NCBI GenBank assembly: GCA_951406725.2
Contig: OX597816.1
Span: forward strand, 179,800,001 to 179,864,000
Source of the DNA: Octopus vulgaris
Lineage: Eukaryota
DNA: 64,000 nt
Reading direction: 5' to 3'
Position 1 is the first letter of the stretch, and each line of letters begins with the position of its first letter. The notes under the pieces were generated by a model. It worked only from the letters and a program-made list of their open reading frames with translations. It made no database searches and had not been told where the DNA came from. Position numbers and translations under genes: made by a program. Below, piece after piece: positions 26,795 to 40,752 of the stretch.

Positions 26795-28092
26795 CGAAGG
26801 TTCGCTGAAAAAGTTCATAGGCTGACCAAGATACTCTCATAGAATGTGACCAATTGCAGTTTATTTTACAACATAGTCCCCCTTGCAGTCCACACACTTC
26901 TTCCATTGATGTTGCAGTGCTTGGGTCCTATTAGTGAAGAAGCAATTCAGACACTTCATCTATCAGTGATGCAGTGCTTAGATCTCATTGGTGAAGAACC
27001 TTTCATCCTGTTGGTCCAAAAACGTCATCAACAGCAGATATGGCTTTATCATCACTGCGATACTGGTTTGCAGACAGGTGTTTTTCGATATTGGGGAACT
27101 GGTGGTGTCAAATCAAGAGAACAAGGAGGCCGATCAACTAGTTCTAAGCCATAGTCACGCACATCAGCTATTGAAACTAAGGACTTGTGTGCTGGAGCAT
27201 TGTCCTGACGAAACAAGATTCCTTTCGTCAGTTTTGCTGGACGTTTGCTCGTGGCAGCTTTTCGTAATTGCCTCAGAAAGTTGGCGCAGTACTCTCCATT
27301 GATGGTGTGGCCCTTTTGAAGATAGTCAATAAACACAATGCCTTCTGCATCCCCAACATTTTAAGCCGTCATCTTCCTTGCAGATGAAACGAATTTGGCA
27401 TTCTTTTGGAACAGTGTTGTTTCCATTGCATGGATTATCTCTTTGTCTCTGGCTCAAAGTAATGAACCCAGCACTCATCCTGAGTTAGGTAACGTTCAAG
27501 GAAACCAGCTGGATCTACCTCAGACAATGTCAGATTTTCTCAAAATGTGATCATCTTGTCAGAAGACATAGCACTCATCATTGTGCAGTATCCTTCGTTA
27601 TGCCAAGTTTATTGTGCAGAATATTCTCAACTTTCTTACGGGATATGCTAATAGCATTGGCTCTTTGATTTATAGTCAATTGCCTATCATCACTATTTTT
27701 ATGAACTCGATCAATGCCTTACTCGGTGGTGGAAGTTGTAGGACGTCCATACCTTGTATCATCTTCAAGTCTCTCTGTTCCCCTCCTGCACATTTTTGTA
27801 CTGTTGATACTGAAGTGTCAGCTCTTAATGTAGCAACCATGTCAGCATGAATGTCCTTGGCCTCTACCCATTTTCTAAAATTACTTGATAACATTACGAT
27901 GTCAAATTTTGTCCATTTTCAGAAGTCACGACAAGTTACTTTTGAAGACTTCATTAAACAGTCAGATGTCAGTTTATCTGGAAAGAAACAATGTAGTTAT
28001 TAATAAGAAGAGTTGGGGTTAATGCAAGCTAGATCACATAGCTCTAGTATTACTACTTTGTAGTCAGGATATGAGCTTTTCAGTACTCCTCG
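26795..28092 (-). mobile_element. Full-length (~1.3 kb) decayed mariner transposon
   Basis: TA-flanked TIRs CGAAGGTTCGCTGAAAAAGTTCATAGGCTGAC / GTCAGGATATGAGCTTTTCAGTACTCCTCG; remnants DIHADMVATL..VSTVQK, IDYLQKGHTINGEY, LFRQDNAPAHKS, DRPPCSLDL. Confidence 0.93.
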
Positions 28093-29459
28093 TATATATA
28101 TTTAAGCTTATTCAGCTAATATTTTAGTGAATGAAGTGCTGGATGAACACCGGTTGAATCTATTGGCATTAGTCAAAGTTCTTTTGTGGTGGAATACGGA
28201 GTAGGCCGCACAAATCGGTGGCTATTACGGTGTGATGGAAAATATCCGGTCCAGATTTCCATTTTTTCAAGAAGATCCTACTTTAAGAGGATTTTCACAA
28301 CAGTAGACACTGGATTTCCAAGTGCTTGAGAGCAATCTGGAAGGAATTGTCTCCGATGCAGACACTAGACAACATCTCTAATCTCTAGTTAAACGATATG
28401 AGGGCTATTTTAATATGTGGTTCTATTCAGGTTCCGATAAAGTACCAAATGGTTTTGTTGATAATGTTTCATATTATTGATTCATGTTCTGACCATTCTC
28501 ACTGTTTGTTTGTTTTTTTATGGATTGTGATAGAGATGATAAGTTTTTCTGGTCCTTTGATCTGAAAGAGTGTAGATACTGGTAACGTCGACATTTCAAC
28601 GTAAAGGACCTATTGATGTATTAAACCTGTAGGTGCAGTTGCCTCCCCTGACGGTAGTCGTCTCAATAGCTCGCTGCTAGGCGGGGTAGCGTGTAACTTT
28701 GGAATTCTGGGACTTGTCTCTCTCTCTCTCTTTTTCACTGCGGTTCACAGCGAACAAGACCTGACTTCCTCAGCTCTTAATCTCACCTTGGAGAGACGCA
28801 CAATCATGAGACAAGCAACGGCAAGTAGACACTGAACCACTTTGACTTGGATTCCACAGAAGAGGAACATGGTCTTCACTTGTAAATATTTTGTATAACT
28901 TATTATACTTGTACATGATTGAGACCTCAAGTAAAAGGCATAAAAACTACAATTTAGTTCTGGGATGTCCAATACACGGTGTTCCTTCTTCGCGAAGTGA
29001 TATCTTCCTTTCAAGCCTTCTGAACCGAGCCGTTATTTAGATGGCTCTGCCACGCTTGGCCACAGCGCATCTAAAAACCTTTTAGTATAGATGTGCCTTA
29101 ATGACAGTAAATCTGGATCGGGTGCCTTTCCTTTAGCAACCGTTACCAACGATGTTTCAAGCTTGTTTCATAATCGACAAGTAGATCCGTCTAACCAATG
29201 AGAATCGAGTTAACTGGCGCTCTCCCCAAAATATTGCCTAAGTGAGCATAAGTACACCTCTACACGTGAATGTAAATATTTTTCGTTTTCTAGCTTTAGC
29301 ATTGTACTGTAGTCATGCTGGGGCACCATTCTATAATGTGTTTGATAGATATATTGGTACATATATTCATGTTTTATATAGATAAATATAGAAAAAGAGA
29401 TACAGATATATAGAGATAGAAAGAGATAGACACACAGAAAGACAGATAGAGAAGTAGGT

Positions 29460-29749
29460 AGAATGACCATAAGATTGCACTTAGAAAGTTCTCCAAGGCA
29501 CAAATCCGGGCAAGGTTGTTTATGGAAGATCAGCAGTCGACCATGCATACCAGCACCCCTCCTTTCCACGCTGTTTTTATCCAAGAGAAAGGCTAAGGCC
29601 GATATAGCTCGGCACCAGAAACGTGACAACTCATTTCAACAAGTGAGTGAAATAAGAGTCTTGCCTAAGAACACAACATACAGCCCAGTCTGGGAATCGA
29701 ACTCATTACCTCATGAGTGTAAGCCCAACGCTCTAATCACTGAGCCATA

Positions 29750-29750
<1 letters not shown>
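29460..29750 (-). mobile_element. SINE family C
   Basis: Colinear with 10445-10760; GGGAATCGAACTC (B-box reverse complement) and CTCTAATCACTGAGCCAT. Confidence 0.88.
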
Positions 29751-29830
<80 letters not shown>

Positions 29831-30179
29831 TGCCTAGATAGATAGACTAATAATCAGACAGGTTCTAGAACGGATGCCATTCAAGTGAGAATAGTCTCAA
29901 GCTCTACAATAACTATTCCAGCATTGGCGGAAAAAAGAAATAGGATTTATAAAAGAGAAAACGAGAATTTTTTCCAATGTGTTTTCAGTAAATATTTTAC
30001 TGTCAATGTGTTGTCACGTCATTGGTAGACACCATCGGTTTCTAGAGAAGAGAGAGGGGTGGTAGGGAGGGTGTAGTGGAACTTATGGGAGCTGTAATAC
30101 GGGGACTCTTTGTTTTCTGAAGTGGGGAGAAAAAAGTTTAGAAAATATAGTGGGAGAGAGAATGAGAAGGACTGAGACA

Positions 30180-30182
30180 AGT

Positions 30183-30214
<32 letters not shown>

Positions 30215-30374
30215 TGTGTGTGTGTGTGAGAGAGAGAGGGGGAGTGTATACAAAACGATGGAGAGGATCGGAGAGAATGAGAAGAAACAGAGATAAATAT
30301 AGAAAAAAGGGAGATAGGGCGGAAAACAGAGAAGAGATTGAAATAAAGTAGGATGAGATCTGCTGAGGGAAGAG

Positions 30375-30409
<35 letters not shown>

Positions 30410-30730
30410 GGAGTGAAAGAGGGAGAGAAAGAGAGAAAGGCAAGAAGGTAAAGAGTGTATAAGAGGGAGAGCGGGAGAGAGCGAGAAACAACAAGACAAA
30501 GATAGAGAGCAGAGGGCGAGAAGGAGAAAAAGAAGCAATAGAAGAAGAAGTAGAAGAAGAAGAAGAAGAAGAAGAAGAAGAACAACAACAACAACAACAA
30601 GAAGAACAAGAACAAGAACAAGAAGAAGAAGAAGAACAACAACAACAACAACATCAAGAAGAAGAAGAAGAAGAAGAAGAAGAAGAACAACAACAACAAC
30701 AACAACAACAACACTAACAACAACAACAAT
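30180..30730. repeat. (GA)n-rich tract and alternating (GAA)n/(CAA)n
   Basis: Directly visible. Confidence 0.9.
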
Positions 30731-31531
30731 ATTGGAGAAAAACAATAACAAAACAAGGTATGAAGTGAGAGTAAGAGAGAGGGAGTATAGATGAGAGGAA
30801 AACAGCAAGGTAGAAAACGAAGTGGGTTACCAGGTGAGAGAGAGAAGAAAGTAAGAAGATAATGGAGAGGATAGAGTGATGGGAAGATAAAAGTGAAACG
30901 GATGAATACAGGCAAACACACACACACATACATATGCCTAAATGTGCTTATATGAAAGTGTGTGCATACCTATATACATAAATACGCAAAGATAGATAGA
31001 TTGAAAAGCAGACACATAAACAGATAGACAGACTAACAGACAAACATAGATAAATGAGATAGATAGATTAGTTAAATAGTTAGATTGATGGATTGATAGA
31101 TAAACATGTGAGAGTAGTAAAAAGAAGAAAAAAAAGGAGACAAGGATTTGTGTGTAGAAAAAGAGAAAAATGAAAGCGAGGGAAAAGTGTGACGTCAATG
31201 CAACTTGTACAGTTTCATTAATGCTCTTCGCTACCACAGACACCGCAGTCTTTACAATTCCAGAAGATACCATGTGTGTCTATGTGTTGTTATAGTAGTA
31301 AAAGCAGGACACCGTTTAGTTAAGGTAAATACATCTGTTGCATGTGTGTGCGTGTGTGAGTGTGTGTGTGTGTGTGTATGTACATCCTCAGCTGTAATTC
31401 ATGTATGTGTGTTTATCATCTGTGTGCGTATTTGAGTATCAATAGCTTTTGCCTTTGTGTGCCTTTGTGTGCATGCATGCGTTTCTCTCTCTCTCTCTGA
31501 GTGAGTGTGTGTGTGTGTGTATGTGTATGTA

Positions 31532-31562
<31 letters not shown>

Positions 31563-31794
31563 TTGCGTGTGCATATATAAGCATATCTACCTATTACTAT
31601 TGCGTGCATCTGTTTGTAGTCATTGACTCTATTCATCTCTCACACTCACTCTCTCTTGCTCCACTCTCTTCATCTCTCCACTCTCTCCTTCTCTCCACTC
31701 TCTTCTTCTCTCTATATATATTTCTAGCCCTCCCTCCCGCCACACAGCTGTTTGCTGATGCAAACATTCAAGTAGAACTCAAAGCGTTATCATT

Positions 31795-31945
31795 ACTATT
31801 ATTTTGGGTTCAAATTCCGCCGAGGTCGACTTCGCCTTTCATCTTTTCGAGATCGGTGAACTAAGTACCAGTTGCGCGCTGGGGTCGATGTAATCGACTA
31901 TTCCCCTCCCTCCAAATTCCAGGCCTTGTGCCTGTAGTAGAAAGG
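31795..31945 (+). mobile_element. SINE family A, 3' unit
   Basis: GGGTTCAAATTCCGCCGAGGTCGAC..AAGTACCAG..CAGGCCTTGTGCCTGTAGTAGAAAGG followed by (ATT)n. Confidence 0.88.
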
Positions 31946-33003
<1,058 letters not shown>

Positions 33004-33099
33004 TATTATTATTAACTGGCAGAAGTTACAGACGAACTCAAAGACCGGGTGTTTCGTGGATAAACATTTACATATACAAGCGTGTGTGTGCGTGCGTGC

Positions 33100-33147
<48 letters not shown>

Positions 33148-33627
33148 ACGTATGTATATGCGAGTATGCATCTGTGTTTGTGTATGTGTATAACAGCCCA
33201 TAGCTGTTATACGTAGCTGTTATCTATAACAGTTTTATTTGCGTATCGAAAAGTGTTATTGCAGGAATATATTTCAAGCATCTACGTTCGTATGTGTGCA
33301 TATGTTTATGAGTACACGTGTGCACAGCTATTTTCTATGTGCGTGTATGTGTGTGTATGAGTTAAGCACACTTTCGCTTCTTAACATACATCAATGTAAA
33401 TAATAACTTTATTTGGAGTGTATACAGTCTCTTTCCCCACCCTCTCTCTCTCAGCCTGTCTGTCTGTCTCTTTTTCTTTCAAACTCACGCATGTCGGTGT
33501 TGTGTACAATGTCCGTGCATCAAATTTCACTCAATCAAACGTTTGTCAAACTGAGGGTGCTCTAAGAGACACATCGAATAAGTATGTTACGTAATGCTGC
33601 CGAACCCAACCGCCTAGTTGAAAACAG

Positions 33628-33694
<67 letters not shown>

Positions 33695-34242
33695 TGCACG
33701 AATAATTTCTTGCCTTTGAGACACGTAGTCAGGTTGATTTTTATAACGTGTCTCCAAGCAATCGTCGGGCTCTGGGCACACGGTTTGTTCTATTTGAAAA
33801 ATAGGATACTGGTGAAATTTTTAACAAATGCAAGCATGTGGTGAAATTTGTTTTGTCGAACTGGAGGACACCCCCAAACCTGTCGGGGCGGCCAGGATAG
33901 TGCGTCGGAATATTGGCCAATCAAGTACCTTGCACAGTGCAGTGTCAATAGATTTAGATCACTTATACTAACGTACAAGTTCCTGCATTTCATTTGATAA
34001 TTTCAGTAAACTTAATTTTTCTTTAATCAAAGGTGACCACCCCTGGTTCGGAAAAATCAGTAATCCGGAAAAGCATTAGAACCACGGATTCCGGAAATCC
34101 ATTTAGTAACTGCGCGCGCGTGCATGTGTGTGTGAGTGTGTATGTAAGTGTGTGTATACATATACATATACGTATATATGTATATACATATATATATATA
34201 CACTTTAAATATACTGCGATAAGTATTTATGTATACCATGTA

Positions 34243-34278
<36 letters not shown>

Positions 34279-34435
34279 TGTATGTATGTATGTATGTATG
34301 TATGTATAACATAAAATGAGCACAAGTATGTACGTACGCCGCTATATGTATATATAAACATAAAAATGGAACAAAAGCGCAATAGAGGACAATAGAACAT
34401 TCGGACAGATAGACGATACAAAGGCGGACAGGAAG

Positions 34436-34475
<40 letters not shown>

Positions 34476-34636
34476 TACGGTTGTAAAATATCGTTATTGG
34501 TATAAATATACTATAAACAATTATATGTGTGTCCTTAAAAAAATTTTTCACACTGATGAGAATGACAATGCATAAATTTAATTATAATTACGATGACTAT
34601 AATTTTTTTCTTATATATTTGTATTGTCCTTTGAAA

Positions 34637-34694
<58 letters not shown>

Positions 34695-34699
<5 letters not shown>

Positions 34700-35611
34700 T
34701 TCTGATTTTCCCTTTTTTTATTATTTTATTTAAAATATTACAATATTGAAGTGTGTTAAACATTAAAAAATATTTTGTAATGTTTATAAAGTTCAGTTAG
34801 CGCTTTCATACGTTCATAATAATCATCGGATTTCAAAATGCATTTAACTGACAGTTGAGTTCTTGACAACTGTAGTACAATTACTGACTTCTTCCTTTTT
34901 ATACCTCTTAGAAGGCTCCAAAAACCGTTTTGACCAAGCTGCATGCAGCTTAAAAGTCACGGTTTGCAGGGCACACCGATATTACTAGCATAGGTCCCGC
35001 CTTTATTTTAACCAATTAGCTTGCGGTTTACACGTAATGGTTTTACGAGTGAGCAAACTTAGTTGATTTCGGTCGTTTTTTTTCAATCGGTGGGAGTCTT
35101 CCGTAATTTGCTTATATTCATATGTTAAAGATACTTTTTAATCCACATCATTAACTGATTGTTGTTATATCATTGTTGCTATTTCTGTTCAGAACAGGTT
35201 TGAACAGTTTAATAAAACGTTTTTATTTTGTCTTTCTTCCAACCTAACTTGTGTTATGTACCTTGTGGAAAGGAAAAATTAGAAACATTTTTTGACCACT
35301 TGTTTCTATATGTTCGCTCAATGGAACTTGAGCATGCTGACTGGTGAAAGCCGTATTTGAAAAATTCAGCTTAGCGGAGCCTTCTAAAAGTTATGAAAAG
35401 GAAGAAGTCAGTAATTTTACTACAGCTGTCAAGAACTCAGCTGCCACTTAAATACATTTTGAAATCTGATGATTACTACGAACGAATGAAAGCATTAATT
35501 GAACTTTATGAACATTACAAAAAATGTATATATATTTTAATGCTTAACACACGTCAACATTGCAATTTTTTTTTAAATACAGTAATAAAAAAGAGAAAAA
35601 TTCAACTGATA
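34695..35611. mobile_element. Non-autonomous TIR element with ~230-bp TIRs, at a (TA)n edge
   Basis: 34695-34920 is reverse-complementary to 35377-35611; termini ATCAGTT..AACTGAT. Confidence 0.88.
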
Positions 35612-35789
35612 TATTATTCTATACAAATATGCACAAATTCGGGGAAAATATATATGTAATAACCACGTTTGTATATAAACAGACTTACATTTGGTTTTCT
35701 TTAGAAGCGCCGAATGTGTATCGTATAATACAGACAAGAAAGTGATATTTTCACCGTTTAAACGTCAGAAAAATTGGGCAATATAATCC

Positions 35790-36230
35790 TTACAAGGCGG
35801 AAAAAGTCGTCATGTATAAATGCATACTGACAATGTTCTGTCATAGAAGTCAGCTGTCCTGCTGATGTGAATATCTGTTTGAAAATCAAAGAGAAAGAAG
35901 ATAGCTATGGACAACTGCTTCGAAACCGGCAGCTTCTATGTCCGAATTATAAATTTACATTTATACCAATAATAATTGGAGCAGTTGGTTTCGTAAGTAA
36001 ACCCCTAACTGTCAGTCTAGATAGCTTGGATTTTTCAGAAAAAGAAATCAACCAACAACTGATTCGCACATTACAAATACATTCTGTAAGTGGAACAGTA
36101 AAACTATACAAGACTTTTCTCGGGTTTAAGATATGACATTGTTTTCGTTATCTGTATTCCAAAAATGGATCTTTGTATCTTTGTTAGAAACTAACTCCTT
36201 TTTCGGAGGAAGAATTTAAATGGTTAAATA
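35790..36230 (+). mobile_element. R4/Dong-like LINE 3' fragment, diverged
   Basis: IEVSCPADVNICLKIKEKEDSYGQLLRN.QLLCPNYKFTFIPIIIGAVG..SVSGTVKLYKTFL. Confidence 0.85.
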
Positions 36231-36291
36231 CAGAACACACACACACACGCGTATATGTGTATGTATGTGTGTATGTATGTGTGTATGTATG

Positions 36292-36357
<66 letters not shown>

Positions 36358-36837
36358 TATATAATAAGATTAGCTCGTATACGAGTGGGTATATATTTGT
36401 AAAAAATGAAGTTCGAAAATGCTGCTATATTAGACAAATTTTTAATTTTTATATGTACATTATTTATTTAACATGTTTCGGTTCTTGAAATGATGAACCT
36501 TATCAAAAAAAAATTATATATAAAAAAGATAGTTCATGCTATCAAATATAAAACATTCATATATAATATACAATAGAGTCAGACATCAAAAGTTCATATA
36601 TAGTGAAGTGAGTTCATGCTATATGTTTATAGAGTATGATGCAGTGGTTCATAGTGGTGATATGCATTCAATATAAGAAATAGTTCATAGTGATGTGCAG
36701 TCAATATAAAAAATTGATGTTCTTGAAAGAGCGAGGAATTCATTTTAGATTTTACCTTGAGTAACTGTGATGACTTTTGGTCGGTATCCGCTGGACAGTT
36801 TTGGCGAAACTTGTGAATTGTTTGGGTTTTATATCAC

Positions 36838-37176
36838 CTGTTAGGTGGCCAGTACAGCGGAACGTGACGTCATCAACGTTTTGACCAATCGTTTCGTTAG
36901 GTGGCTAGTCAAGCAGAACGGGACGTCATCAATATTCTGACCAATCCCGACCTATAGCTGTATTAGATCTGCCCCTTGTCTGTATCCTGTTAGGTGGCTA
37001 GTCAAGCAGAACGGGACGTCATCAATATTCTGACCAATCTCGACCTATAGCTGTATTAGATATGCCCCTTGTCTGTATCCTGTTAGGTGGCCAGTCCAGC
37101 GTAACAGGACGTCATCACTGTTTTGACCAATCGTCCCGTTAGGTGGCCAGTCTAGCAGAACGAGACGACATCAATA
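36838..37176. repeat. Five-copy ~51-bp core repeat with 56/93/93/56-bp spacing
   Basis: GTTAGGTGGCYAG..AGC..AAC..GACGTCATCA...TT.TGACCAATC at 36840, 36896, 36989, 37082 and 37138 (last copy truncated). Confidence 0.93.
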
Positions 37177-37255
37177 TATATATATATATATATATAAATG
37201 ACTCGATAATATGGGAACTATGAACTTGCCGGAAGGACTGGAAAATCCAACCTTT

Positions 37256-37296
<41 letters not shown>

Positions 37297-37396
37297 CACA
37301 TTGTTTTTATGTCAACTTTTTAAACATTAAACTGAAGAATTGCTCAATACTTTTTTCAGAGTGTAGATGTTAATTTTACGTTTATTTTAGGTTTTC

Positions 37397-37453
37397 AAGA
37401 CTGCTGACAGTTTCTTTTAAGTTCCGACCTGTCAGCCTTCGTCAGGCAGTCTT
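37397..37453 (-). ncRNA. Degenerate hammerhead-like motif
   Basis: Minus: AAGACTGC-CTGACGA-AGG...GAAACTGTC-A-GCAGTCTT; 8-bp stem I, AATAAA downstream; stem II ambiguous. Confidence 0.4.
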
Positions 37454-37601
37454 ATATATTATATTAGTTTTTATGACAGAAAGTTGACAGTGACTTCGAA
37501 ATTTCAGCTTGTGTGTTGAATCTTCGAAACTACTTTGTAAAATTTAATAAATATATACAAAACTAAAAAGCTGGTAGTGAGTGTTAAAGTGCTTTTGTAT
37601 A

Positions 37602-37660
<59 letters not shown>

Positions 37661-38703
37661 CACTACTACTTCTTCTTCTTCATCTTCTTCTTCTTCTTTC
37701 ACCATCCAGTAGCAAGTTCGGCTAAATGTGCTGCCTTGCCACGCAAACATGTCCATCGTTTTAGGTATCTTCTTTCAACTAAAATAGATGACTTCACACC
37801 TGAGCTTCCCACGGGAAAGTCGAAACGTTACAAAAGTCTTGCTATTCTAATTCTGAGTCGAAATATTTTACAAGTTGCAGAAATTTAGGAAGATAGGAAT
37901 AGTAGTAATTTCCTTTGATTTCTAGATAGAAGCAAATAGGAAATAACGCTTACCGACCAAAGAAAAAAAATTAAATTTTGTCAGAAAGTGTAATTTCATT
38001 ATCGCTGCAAAATAATCGAGATAATATCCACAGCGATACCCTATTCACAGTATCGAATGTTTTAATTTGATCTCCAAGACAAAATCTATACCACTTCTCC
38101 AATGGATACAATTTTGTCTTGTGAAATTATTTCCATTGTATCATTGACAGAGCGGAAACCACACCGATTCTGAGAGAACATTAATTACGAAGGATTTAGT
38201 CAGGCACCAGTAAGCACGTGACACCAGAGAAATTGACGAAAGCTGGCAGCAGAAACATTTATCAATAGTTGCCACATTGCATGGACGTCCGTGTGTATGT
38301 GTGAGTGTGTGTGGGAGTGTATGGCATCGCCTATTTTATAGAGTTGTGTACTTGAGTACATTAAACATGCACACAGTAAAAGATACACACACTCACGCAC
38401 GCAGGGACGCGCGTCCACAAACACACACACACACACACACACACATAATGTACATATCGATTATAAACTCGAGGCCGCAATGTTTGGAGACGGTCATCGA
38501 TTACTTCGTCCTGTATATTCCATCAACGCTCAGGAGCATGAAAGCCGATCATGACAAGATTTGAACCCTGACGTAAAGTTATCTAAAGTTATCAGCGGAA
38601 TTTGAATGCAAAAGTGAAGGCGAACGAAAGCATTCGCACGGCGTGCTAACGATTCTGCCAGAGCTCTCTACCTTTAATAATAATAATGATGATGATGATG
38701 ATG

Positions 38704-38775
<72 letters not shown>

Positions 38776-38840
38776 GCCCGCTACGCGAGACTTCAGGAAT
38801 TCCAACAAAACACTGAGATAAAAAGAAATAGTAATAATAA

Positions 38841-39560
38841 TCCCTTCTTTTGGGCCAGAAGGCTCCTATATAAAATATACAGAAAACATTGATTCAAAAC
38901 AGAAAAGACACATGGTAGGTTGCATTTGTACACATATTTACAATTCATACAATGAGGCTACAATTAAATTCTAAACAATGAAAATTCTCCCGAAGGAGAG
39001 AAACCGCAGAAGGTTTACTGGAAACTCCACAAGAGGTACAGCTACCCGGACCAATCTTGGCAAGATTCCTGCCTATTCAGTCCTACTCCAATTTAAAAGC
39101 GCATGTGCTTGGTTACTGGATGAGTGCATGCAGAATATTTTTGTCACTAGAGTAGTCGCAGCTGATGTCACCTCCATGTCTATAGAGTTTATCTGGAAAC
39201 GGCAATGTCCGCCAAGTAATATTTCCAGTTCAGATATTTCTGGGGGTTATCCAGGGGCCCTGAAGTGAAAGTCCAACGGAGGACACCAACCAGTTGATTT
39301 TCGTCGACGCCCAGAGTTTTCCTATAAGCGTCATCACACGGGCTTGCCACTAATCCCCTATGGAACACAGAAGCGGAGTTTCCACTGACAGTGTTGACCA
39401 GTCGGTGAAGGCCGTATGCGCCTGACGAATTCCAGATGCCAAGTACCCTCTCTCAGCCTTTTCTTGACCCAGGATTGCAACTCTGCTAAAGGGGGAAACT
39501 GGGAATAACTTGTCTGACAAACAGTATCCACACTTGATCACGTTGATTCCCTTGAAAAAA
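38841..39560 (-). mobile_element. Decayed Tx1/L1-like LINE 3' fragment, same family as 23402-24720
   Basis: DQVWILFVRQ, AELQSWVKKRLREGTWHLE, FHRGLV, LGVDENQL, LPFPDKLYRHG, ILHALIQ. Confidence 0.85.
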
Positions 39561-39849
39561 GAACTGTAAAAAAAGCTCATTTGTTTATGTGCTTGCTAAA
39601 ACCAAAAACAAATCATCTGCTATCTTCTCAAAAATTATCTGGATTCTGTTGTCCAAGAATATTTAGGAAGCGTAATGGCACGAGTTTCAAGCGAATAAAT
39701 GGATTAACTCTGATTATATAAAGATATTTCAGTTTGATATTAGATTACTAAAAGGGATCGAAGAATAAATACCTTGAGGTGCTGCACGGTGATAAGAGAA
39801 ATGAGAGAAGGTAAAAAAAAACTAGAAGCGTAGGTTTAGGAAGATACTT

Positions 39850-40590
39850 GAAGTAAATTATCTGGTGGTAAGGTCATCATGGCTGTTAATCAATGGGTCG
39901 TGCTAATGCTGAATATTGTTTGCTCCTTTTCTACAGAGCTACATGAATTGGATTGAAGGACTAAGGGGTTACTCACAATGCACAAGCGCAGAACCTTAAG
40001 AGAAATATCGAGATGTTATAGTTACCGAAACGGAAAGGATGTAGGAGCTTGTTAAACGCAGAAGACCACCATTAGTGCTGCGATGTTTGGTTTGGAAAAC
40101 AATATCGTGTGTAGTGAAGAAAGAATACTGTCTGCGACCAGAAATATCGGAGAAGTCAGTGAAGCAGGGAAAGAATTCATGAACAAAACGAAGAACGAGA
40201 TAACAAATAGCTAGAATGACAAATAATTCTATGGGGTGGGGGGTCTGCTAGAAATGGTTAGCACTAGTCGTGTCTGATAGATATCAATATGACATGAGAA
40301 ACTGAATCCTTAATTATAGCCATTCACGAACGAGCCATTAAAATTCAGTTATAAACGCAGAGTGCGACGAAAAGCGGACGAAAGTATTAAACATCTTCAA
40401 AGTGAGTGCAGTAAGTTTGCAGAAAAAGACTATGAAACAGGCATGATCGTGTCCCGTAAAAGAGTGCATTGTGTTGTTAAGCAAATTTGTGGATTCAAAG
40501 TGACGTAAAAGAGCCAGAGCCTGTGATGACTGATACTAATTATGAGGTGTTATGGGATTTTACTAATAAAGATTGACCCTACGATTTCAG
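39850..40590 (+). mobile_element. Decayed R4/Dong-like LINE fragment (post-RT region and zinc knuckle)
   Basis: RTKGLLTMHK, ETESLIIAIHERAIK, ESIKHLQSECSKFAEKDY..RHD; many frameshifts. Confidence 0.75.
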
Positions 40591-40597
40591 AAAGGAA

Positions 40598-40599
<2 letters not shown>

Positions 40600-40628
<29 letters not shown>

Positions 40629-40752
40629 CCACCACCACCACCGCCGCCACCGCCGCCACCGCCGCCACCGCCGCCACCACCGCCGCCACCCCCACCCCCA
40701 CCACCACCAGCAGCAGCACCACCACCACCACCACCAACACCAACAATAATAA
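40600..40752. repeat. (CCA)/(CCG) trinucleotide repeat
   Basis: Directly visible. Confidence 0.95.

Noticed and set aside
33710-33761. Pre-miRNA-like hairpin GAGACACGT/ACGTGTCTC
   Set aside because: Stem is short and lacks basal extension; no recognisable mature miRNA
33880-33925. GC box plus ATTGGCCAAT as a promoter
   Set aside because: Short motifs expected by chance, with no linked gene
34553-35480. Isolated CTGATGA words at 34553 and 35466
   Set aside because: No stem II or GAAA box follows
34756-35659. Paralogous small proteins (KRKKSVI..SDDYYERMKAL)
   Set aside because: They are the two arms of one inverted repeat
36838-37176. CRISPR-like repeat-spacer array
   Set aside because: The two long spacers are near-identical, repeats are degenerate, there are no cas genes, and the context is eukaryotic
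37780-37835. GACTT..AAGTC-GAAACGTT hammerhead half
   Set aside because: No CUGANGA-like core or stem I
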